Assembly (NCBI GenBank): GCA_030704615.1
Contig: CM060733.1
Location: forward strand, 1,426,001-1,490,000
Source: Takakia lepidozioides
Lineage: Eukaryota > Plantae > Bryophyta
Length of the DNA: 64,000 nucleotides
Direction: 5' to 3'
The notes under the pieces are model-generated. The model searched no databases and was not told the origin of the DNA. It saw only the letters and a list, made by a program, of their open reading frames with translations. Both the position numbers and the translations under genes were made by a program. Below are positions 56,201 through 64,000 of this stretch, piece by piece; the stretch's first letter is position 1; each line of letters starts with the position of its first letter.

Positions 56201-57428
56201 CAATGCCCACACTGCAACTGTGCAGGCTGTGCATGTGCCGACCCTTTGCCTCCCTCTGGGCAATCCTTCTTGACATGGGGTCCTCCACATGTCCAGCACA
56301 CCACATCCGCCCGTTGTTGGCCAGCAAATGAAGGGAGAGACCCCTGCATCTGAGGTCCTCTCTGCCCTTCCCTGAGCTTCACCTGAGCCCCCTTGTTGCC
56401 TTGAGCACGTTGAGGTAGTGGTTGGCTAGGAGCACCACTACCCCGTGGTGTCTCCTTAGCAAATCCCACCATGACCACTCGTTCCTCCACCATGTTGAGC
56501 TCTATCCGCTCTGCCAGCAAAAACACATTTGCTAAGGTGGGTTGGGCCGCTTGTAGGAGAGTTGCATCCCGCACCCTTCTCCTCAGCTCCTTGTCCAATA
56601 TCCCATACCAGAATTGGACTGCCTGAGCTTCCGTAACCCCTTGGGTTACATTTATCAAGCGCCTCATGCGAGTGAAAGCCTCCCTCAAGCTCTCGGTCGG
56701 CTTCCGTTGGAACTCTTGCAAGCTCCGCAACTTCTCTGTCCTCACCCCTTGGTAGTTCCCTCTCAACTCTTCGAAGAACTCCACAACAGGGTTGAAGGCA
56801 GGCACGGGTGCTAGTGCTGGTGGTAGTGGCTTGGGTGGACGTCGTAGCTACTGTACCACCAGTCCCACTAGTTCCACTGCTACTTGCTGAAGCTGCCGGT
56901 GCAGCGGCAGGTGTAGCCACTGCCCTCGTGGCTCTAGTGCCCCTAGTGATGGAGACATAGTCGGGTGACCAGTACATCCTCCACTCCTCGATCTCAACCT
57001 CATGCCCCCGCCTGAACTCATGGTAATCATCCATAGGCGGCCCCTCAAGGTGCTGAAACAGCCCTTTCCATGCCATGAAACGGCGTAAATAGTTGTGGAT
57101 TGCGCATTTGCTGCAAATCACACCAACTATCAAACTCTTGGATAAAATCATCCAACTCGATGGTGCCCACCGCCCCAGAGTACCTTCGTGGCCCCTTGGT
57201 AGCTCCATACATCTCCTCCATTGTGTCCCACAACAATGGCAAAGAAACAACTTGCACCGCCGGTATGAGTCCTCCTGATTCACAATCCGAATCAGAACCT
57301 TCCGTGGAAGACACAGGAGGTGAAGGTGGCCTAAACCGCACACCTCGTCTCGTGTACCCACTAGTATCGCTAGTGCTCGAACCGGCACTGTCCCCAGCAA
57401 CTAGTGGCACCTCCGTGTTGACACTCAA
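50132..57428 (-). CDS. Element D polyprotein: Gag-CCHC-protease-DNMT-RT-RNaseH-integrase-PHD (frameshifted as assembled)
   Basis: Gag DDFIQEFDSW; knuckles CWTCGGPH and CGHCGKHGH; protease LLDSGA; RT CYIDD; RNase H HTDWS..YEGECLA; integrase GHFG..CMVC, SLDFAGP, TDQG, GLAER. Confidence 0.93.
53560..54510 (-). CDS. DNMT3-like cytosine-5 DNA methyltransferase domain within pol of element D
   Basis: Motifs I DLFGG, II YVERD, III ADI, IV GWPCQGHS, V GLRDSRSGLF, VI ILENV, VIII AHRPRLWWTN, IX ERERAMGF and X RRQVLGQAM, spread over three frames. Confidence 0.93.
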
Positions 57429-58099
57429 CCGGTCATGAACATGTCCCTAACCCCTCTCCACAAGGTAACCGGGTAGAGAACCTGTTGCGGCTTATGGTTT
57501 GGAATACTAAGTTCCTAACATAGCCTACACCTGTACCTGCATCCACCGCAAGCACTCCTATGGTTGGCTGGTCATCACCTCCAACCTCACCACAGGAAAA
57601 CAATGATGGTCTGGCTGGTCATCACCCCAGCCTCACCATCGACAGCATGCTCTAGGACTGGCCGGTGATCAAATCCGGACCAATCACCTATAAAAACAAG
57701 CGCCCACACAAAACTAGCATGGCGCACAGTCAAGCATGCAGGTATGGAGGGGATCCAAACACAAGAAATCAGAACGACAACTCCCCCACACCAAAAACAA
57801 CTCCACGGTGTTGCTCCTGCAAGGACACCCCAGCCCAAACCCGGACTGACTCTTGCCTCCACCTACGGAAAGGTCTTGGCCTAATGAGAGGGTGGAAACT
57901 ACGAGGAAGAGAAGCTAAAGCAATGCCTAACCCCAGCATGCCCTCATCCCAACACTCTTCCTCTCCTCTCTTCCCTCACTTGCATGACCATGGGAATATC
58001 ATGAAGATACTCCTCAAACCGCCCTCCACGAGCTTCAAAATTCGGCCTTCCAGACCACATGCCAGTCCTTAGGCAGTCCACCAGTGCCTCCACGAGTCA

Positions 58100-59125
58100 G
58101 CACAGGCCCACACAGCTCACTGGTCACAGCCGTCACAGTCCCACAGGCCACTGGCACAGCCTGTCACAGCCCCTCATAGCCCGTCACAGCTCGCCACAGC
58201 CTGTCATAGCTCGTCACAGCCCCCACACAAGCCTGTCACAGCCCCGCCCAGCCCATCACAGCCCCACAGGCCACTGGGCACAGCCCGTCACAGCAGCAAG
58301 CTCGCCACAGCTCGCCACAGCCCCTCACAGCCCCAAAGGCCTCAGGTACGGCCTGACACAGCCCTTCACAGCCCGTCACAGCCCCAAAGGCCTCAGGCAC
58401 AGCTTGTCACAGCCCCTCACAGCCCTCACAGCCCCAAAGGCCACGGGCACAGCCTGTCACAGCCCTCACAGCCCGTCACAGCCCCACAGGCCACTGGGCA
58501 CAGCCTATCACAGCCCCGCACAGCCCGTCACAGCCCCCACAGGCCACTGGGCACAGCCTGTCACAGCCCCTCACAGCCCCAAAGGCCACGGGCACAGCCT
58601 GTCACAGCCCCTCACAGCCCGTCACAGCCCCACAGGCCTCAGGCACGGCCTGACACAGCCCCTCACAGCCCGTCACAGCCCCAAAGGCCTCAGGCACGGC
58701 CTGTCACAGCCCCTCACAGCCTGTCACAGCCCAAGGCCTCAGGCACGGCCTGTCACAGCCCCTCACAGCCCATCACAGCCCCCAAGGCCACCGGCATAGC
58801 CCGTCACAGGCCCTCACAGCCCATCACGACCCCGAAGGCCACCGGCACAAGCCCTCACAGCCTGTCACAGCCCCGAAGGCCACCGCGTAGCCCGGCACAG
58901 CCCTCACAGCCCTGAAGGCCACCGGTGCAGCCCGGCACAGCCCCTCACAGCCCCAAGGCCTCAGGCACGGCCTGTCACAGCCCGTCACAGCCCAAAGGCC
59001 TCAGGCACGGCTTGTCACAGCCCGTCACAGCCCCAAAGGCCACGGGCACAGCCTGTCACAGCCCCTCACAGCCCGTCACAGCCCACAGGCCACTGGGCAC
59101 AGCCTGTCACAGCCCCGCACAACCC
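58100..59125. repeat. ~1-kb CACAGCC/CTGTCACAG minisatellite in the 5' leader of element D
   Basis: Directly visible degenerate array. Confidence 0.92.
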
Positions 59126-59589
59126 TCAAGCCCCATCCATGGCCGCTCTGGCAGTTTAGCCATTTCTCCAAGGGGTTTAGCCACGCCAAGCTAGGGTTTG
59201 TGTCTCTTGGACTCTAGGCTTCTTTCCACCGAGCTATGGCGGCTGTGAGGAAATCAGCAAGGTTTCTTGCTCTTTCGGCTCCCACACACCACCATAGTAG
59301 CCCTAAGCCATGAGGTGGTTGCCACAAACCAAGCCTTCTTTCTCACTTAGCCTCCCCAAACACGCCACTAAACTCAATGGCAAACAACCAAGCCCTGCTG
59401 GTTCCCAGCCCTTGTGAGCACTCATTCAAGCACTCTCCTTGGCCATAGCATCTGTCTTAGAGCCTATTCCAGCCCCCTACACCTGCTGCTTCAAGAGTTG
59501 CGCTCCCTTCAAGCTTGAAGTTGAAACCCCAACTCACATAGGCCCTACAAGTGCTTTTCTTTCACTCCAAGTGGAAACCAGCCCTAGAC

Positions 59590-60000
59590 CTTCCGTTCTA
59601 GCTCTCTAAAGCTTGAAAACAAGAGCCTCAATGGGCTGAAGGCATGCTCCACACATGCCCCACTCTCACCATAAGAGAATCAGCTCCTTTGCTTCATTTC
59701 TTGCACCCACAAACCTGAAAATACAAGCTTCAGCAGGCTGAAAGCATGCTCACATGCCCTACAGGGAAACCAGCCCCTTCCTTCCTTTCTTGCACTCCCA
59801 CACCTGAAAGTGCAAGCCTTCACCAGGCTGATAGCATGCTCCACACATGCATTGCCCTCACATAAGGGAAGTCAGCCCTTCCCTCTTCCTTGCTTGCCCT
59901 CCAAGCTTGAAGATGGAAGCTTCAATGAGCTGAATACATGCTCCACACATGCAACCTCTTCACACAAGAGATATCAGCCCCCTATCTTGGCTCCTTGATG
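59590..60000. repeat. Degenerate ~100-bp repeats in the leader of element D
   Basis: GCTGAA.GCATGCTCCACACATGC..CAGCCC recurs about 4 times. Confidence 0.6.
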
Positions 60001-60608
60001 CTCTCTAAGACAAGACTAAGCACTCCACATCCTTTGCCAAGCTCCTGAAACCCTAAGGCTTACATTTCCAGCCACAAGACACTTCTCTTGTGGTGCAAGA
60101 GCTCTTCTTCCAAGCTCTGAAACCTAGGTGCACTTCCACCTCTTAGCTCCTGTTCCAGCCCTGCTCTTGCCATGCCAAAAGCCCACCATACTCCACAAAG
60201 TGCACTGATTTGCCCCAAGCCAAATCAGCCCTTTCGCTTGGTCTTGCAATCCTTCACACAATGAAAGCTCGCATTCCCAAGTCCAGTTCTCAGCTTTGCC
60301 ACCAAAGCCACTATAACCTGCTCTTGACTGGTCTTCTTCCCAATCGTGCTTGCTTATGCATGTACACAATCTGAAACCATCAAGGTGCTCTGGAATTACC
60401 TGCAACATGGTGCTTTCATCTCTGAAGCTGAAGATCGCATGCCAAGGTTTACCACCTCGTAACCCACATCGCCTCCGCTTCTAACAACCAAGAGCTCCAC
60501 GGTGCTCCTTGCATAACAACCTGGTTTCTCTCATTCTCAAGCAAAAACCACAAGTGCTACAACTAACTCGTATTTGGCACTCACAGATACGAGCTCATCT
60601 TTCTCGAG

Positions 60609-60935
60609 TGATAAAGAAGAAGAATACAAGCACAAGCTCATGCGAGCTCACAAAGCTGAAGCATAAACTCAGGCATATATAACCTCATCACTCAAATACA
60701 AGTCAAGCCAAGTGCAACCCACGCCATGGGGAATCCACACTACGGCGCCATAGCTAGGCGCGGTGAGGCTCAACTCGAGAAAGATGAGCCTTCCGCGCTT
60801 GCCGTGAAGATAACCACTCCAGGGCCTAAATCTGCCTTGACCCCTGGATTGACACTTGGGCCAATCCCAAATGTCAATATGTAAAAGCTAGCTATTTCCT
60901 AGCTAGTTTCACACTAGTGGTAAAATAACTTGACA
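60609..60935 (-). repeat. Element D 5' terminal repeat (A1)
   Basis: 327 bp; about 2 substitutions versus 49355-49681. Confidence 0.95.
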
Positions 60936-61391
60936 CATGCGATTCTGCTTGGTCGGCAGTAATGTCTTCTTCCTCAGCATCCTCCTACGGCGGAGATTGC
61001 AGGGACTGTTCATGTTTCTCAACTGGTCCCTTCCAAGCTGCAGTTTGATTTGACCTGCATCAACGTGGAGAATCGGCATGTGGTTTTAACTCCGAAGAAG
61101 CGTGCTCGGCTTGATTCTGATTCAGTTGCTACCTAGACTTCCTCATGACACTGTCTTTATTCAGTTGCTCCCTACATAGGATCTCTCTCAGTTTTCTTTC
61201 TAGTTCTTTAGGTTGCACACCTCACAAGATAGGGTTTTTCCACAACAAGGTTTTGTCCTTCGCTCAAATTGCAGAGCAAGGTTTTCCTTGTTGCGGTTTT
61301 TCCATCCTATCTTGGTGTGATCCTGCTCCCTGTCTTGAGCATAATGTTTATTTAGCTAGCTCACCGGAGCTCGCTTCTCTGTGTGCCAGGA

Positions 61392-61909
61392 GGCTTTACA
61401 TATGTAATGGCCAGATTCCTTCTACCTACCTTTTCGACATTGGATGAACAGACGTTGGATGATGACCGTTGAAAAAGAGCTTGGATGAAACAGCTGGAAA
61501 CAATCTATTTTTAAACTAAGTATTGTCTTATGTTAACAGCTAGTTTATCTCTAAAATAGAATGAGGTGGCGTCCTATCTGGACAGACACCCGGATGGCAT
61601 CCAAGTGACCAATCAGGGCTTACCACTTGGTTAGATAAGATTGTGGGCCTTCATTTTATAAAGGAGATCAACACGACGCTTAAGGCGGCGGTGTACGTTT
61701 GGTGTGAAACCCTACTGTACTTGTGTGGGAGTTTTGGATGAAAAGGATGTGAGTGAGGATGTGCTGTTAAGGTGTGTGAGTGATTCTGACTCCTCTCCGT
61801 TGGATCCTGCCTATCTCGGTAGCCTGCTTTACCGAGCATACATCCCCCTTATAGCTCAATACCCCTAGAGGAAGAGGAATAACGGGGTGGGCAAGAATCT
61901 GGCTTTACA
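61392..61909 (+). repeat. Element A 3' repeat block B1(9 bp)-TA-A2(498 bp)-B2(9 bp)
   Basis: GGCTTTACA at 61392-61400 and 61901-61909 flanks the 498-bp repeat. Confidence 0.9.
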
Positions 61910-63222
61910 GGGCACACTACTTAAATGTTTCCTACAAGTGATAACAGTATACCAACAATCCATAGTTTTCATATCATCCACCACAATCACGGCCTACAAT
62001 TGAATCACATCGTATGGCATTAGTTTGCATGTATGTATGACACACGTGATTGCAAATTTTTTGCTGTCTGGGTGTTCAAGTATAACCATTTGGGTGCATC
62101 ACAAAAGATCTACTGATGCACACATTTGGAGAGAGGGATGGAGAAGAGGGAGAGGAGAGAGCTCTTGATGCCCTTACATCTGTAACAAAATTGAGTATCA
62201 GTGTTAGCTGACAGAACTAAAACTTGAGAAAGATCACAAAAAACTCAACTTCTTAGCCAAGTGGACTAGTCAAATTCTGAGCTGCAATGGGGAGTCGAGA
62301 GAGGGAGGCCACTTCCTACTCTATGGATATACTCGAATAAGAGGGATTGGCTATGAAGACTTTCTGCTATCCGGATGACCAATCAGAATCGTAGTTGTTT
62401 GCACAACTCTGAAAGCTTAAAAGGAGCTTCTCTCGAGCAGTGCAAAGCACACCGGTATTTGCTTTGATGGGGGCATTGTTGGCCCCTTCAAATTTGTTTA
62501 ATCTTCTGCTTGTGGATGGAACATCAGCATCATGTACTGAGAATTTTCTGCGACCACCTGGGGAATGCAGCCAGTGCCCTGGTGCTCGCCCTGCTCCATC
62601 AGCCAGAGAAAGCCTTTGAACAATGTGAACTGGTGCAAATACTCTTATATTTGTCTGCCCAACCCTGTATAATGGCTGATAGAATCAAAGAAAGAACAAA
62701 GTCCCTACTATTATTCTTAGGATGCAACTTGAGCTTTCCTCGAATCGGACCGAGGTTGCAGTTGATACCTGGCAGTGGTGGGTAGGGGTTTCCAGTCTTG
62801 GCCTCTAGTTGGTCCTTGCTGGACAAATGAGCTGCGATGAACGGTTCAGATCCCCCCAGAACAAGCTGCGGAGTACCATCCAGAGTAGACCTTGAGCTCG
62901 CAGACCTATACAAGGGAAGAAAGAAATAGTCGTTATTTGATGTTGAGGACAGACATGTTCAGACTCTCCCAATAGAACTGGATCTAGAGCAGTCAGATCT
63001 TGATCTTCGAAGTTCTATGGCTCCCATTTGGCCGTGCCCAGAAAGAAGCCAATCCACCACAGATGCGAGTTCAATCTGTCTTTGCATTGTATGCTAACCT
63101 AGTTTTACACTAAAACGGATACAAGAAGGCCTGGTAAGTAGAGATTGAACTATTACAGGTACTTAAATCTAGCATTGTGACCCTTGCCATTTTCTTTGTG
63201 AAGCAAATACACATGCACATTT

Positions 63223-63666
63223 TTATGACACAAACCGGGCTAGTTGCTTCTGGTTCAACTTGGCTGCTTCTTCAGTACGCTTCTTGGCGGCTTTGATCTC
63301 AGTGCTAACACAATCAAACATGAAGAGAAATTCGCGCATAGTTTTGAACAAGTCAGTTTGTTTCTCTTCCTTCATTGTTTCGCCGAAGTAGGCAGCCAAA
63401 TCCTTCAGTTTTCCCAATGACGTGTTTGCAAGGGTTTGCAAATCTACCATCTCCTTTTTGGTCTTTTCTGCAAATGGACACAGGAGGTCTTGGAAACACT
63501 CCTTGTATTTCACATCCATGCTGGTTGGAAAGGTGCTGGTTTCTTGGATTTCTCTAACGAGTAAATCCACACCTCGTTCCAGCTCTTTGAGACTGGAATG
63601 AATTCTCTCTAGGCTCAAGTTAGCTGCAGACTTGACTTCTTTCATTTCCAATGCCAATTTTCCAAC
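63223..63666 (-). CDS. Formin, last coding exon (C-terminal FH2 region); gene continues beyond the window
   Basis: EVKSAANLSL..LKELERG..FAEK..LAAYFGE..DLFKTMREFLFMF; acceptor TTGCAG upstream of 63666. Confidence 0.8.
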   Translation of the reverse strand, partial: VGKLALEMKEVKSAANLSLERIHSSLKELERGVDLLVREIQETSTFPTSMDVKYKECFQDLLCPFAEKTKKEMVDLQTLANTSLGKLKDLAAYFGETMKEEKQTDLFKTMREFLFMFDCVSTEIKAAKKRTEEAAKLNQKQLARFVS

Positions 63667-64000
63667 CTGCAACAATATTGGATCTCTGGGTTTACATCAA
63701 AATGGCTCAGAGAAGAAAGCAGTTAGAGAGAGGGTTGGAGGGAACCAGCGCAAGAAATAATACCTGGACACCGATAGGAGAAGAGGAAGAAGAAACTACT
63801 ACCTCCACATGAGGCCCAAGGGCACAAGGACCCACAGAAATTAGGACTACAACAGAAAACCAAACAACTGTCCAAGAAGCCAACATTGCAGGAGAATGTA
63901 CTCATAAGACATTTGCCATAGCCTTGTGGCCAGAGACCCTGCTCCCAATTTGGGCAGAACTTGAGGGAAATATTGCAGGAGAGAGAGTGAGAGGGCCAGA

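Larger units (their letters stand above)
49168..60935 (-). mobile_element. Element D: young Ty3/Gypsy element encoding a C5 DNA methyltransferase and a PHD finger, with split direct repeats
   Basis: TGTCA..TGACA termini; 4-bp TSD CATG (49164-49167 and 60936-60939); repeats A1 60609-60935, B1 49684-49872, A2 49355-49681, B2 49168-49354; PPT AGGGGGGCG at 49874-49882. Confidence 0.95.
25664..61909 (+). mobile_element. Element A: outer Ty3/Gypsy LTR retrotransposon with split repeats; degraded; hosts elements B and D
   Basis: 498-bp direct repeats 25664-26161 and 61403-61900; termini TGTAATGGCCAGATTC..GAATCTGGCTTTACA; 4-bp TSD GGGC (25660-25663 and 61910-61913); PBS at 26162; gag-pol remnants at ~44050-49167. 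Confidence 0.88.

Noticed and set aside
58059-59194. His/Ser/Pro-rich ORFs (also 30717-31063, 35211-35935, 42915-43430)
   Set aside because: These are translations of stop-poor minisatellites.
49168-60935. Classifying element D as a DIRS/PAT/Ngaro element because of its split repeats
   Set aside because: No tyrosine recombinase seen; it has an aspartic protease, a Gypsy-order DDE integrase, TG..CA ends and a TSD.
62300-62913. Possible extra coding exon on the minus strand after an acceptor at ~62906
   Set aside because: No recognisable domain, and it lies beyond the formin stop codon; more likely 3' UTR or intergenic.

Overview
Eukaryotic, intron-rich plant DNA, most likely from a non-seed land plant (an inference from gene content). 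The left 19 kb holds four host genes: ispF/MDS (minus strand, damaged as assembled), a VAMP71-type R-SNARE, SWI/SNF BAF60/SWP73 and an AKR4-type aldo-keto reductase. LINE remnants follow at 21.6-25.4 kb. A 36-kb nest of Ty3/Gypsy elements spans 25664-61909, and the last coding exon of a formin lies at the right edge. The outer element (A; tRNA-Ala-type PBS, dUTPase, internal inversion) contains a canonical Gypsy element (B, 30105-43490) and a young element (D, 49168-60935). Highlights: (1) D encodes all motifs of a DNMT3-like cytosine-5 methyltransferase between protease and RT, plus a PHD finger after the integrase. (2) A and D, whose repeats are unrelated, share a split-repeat layout (A1-body-B1-2 nt-A2-B2) with TG..CA ends and 4-bp TSDs. 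This is what a 2-LTR circle opened at an LTR-internal CA-NN-TG site would give. (3) D has no tRNA PBS but a 17-bp self-complementary site suggesting self-priming. (4) An intron-containing N4/N6 DNA-methyltransferase-like gene inside A is split by element B. Many 1-nt deletions, several in homopolymers, may be assembly errors.
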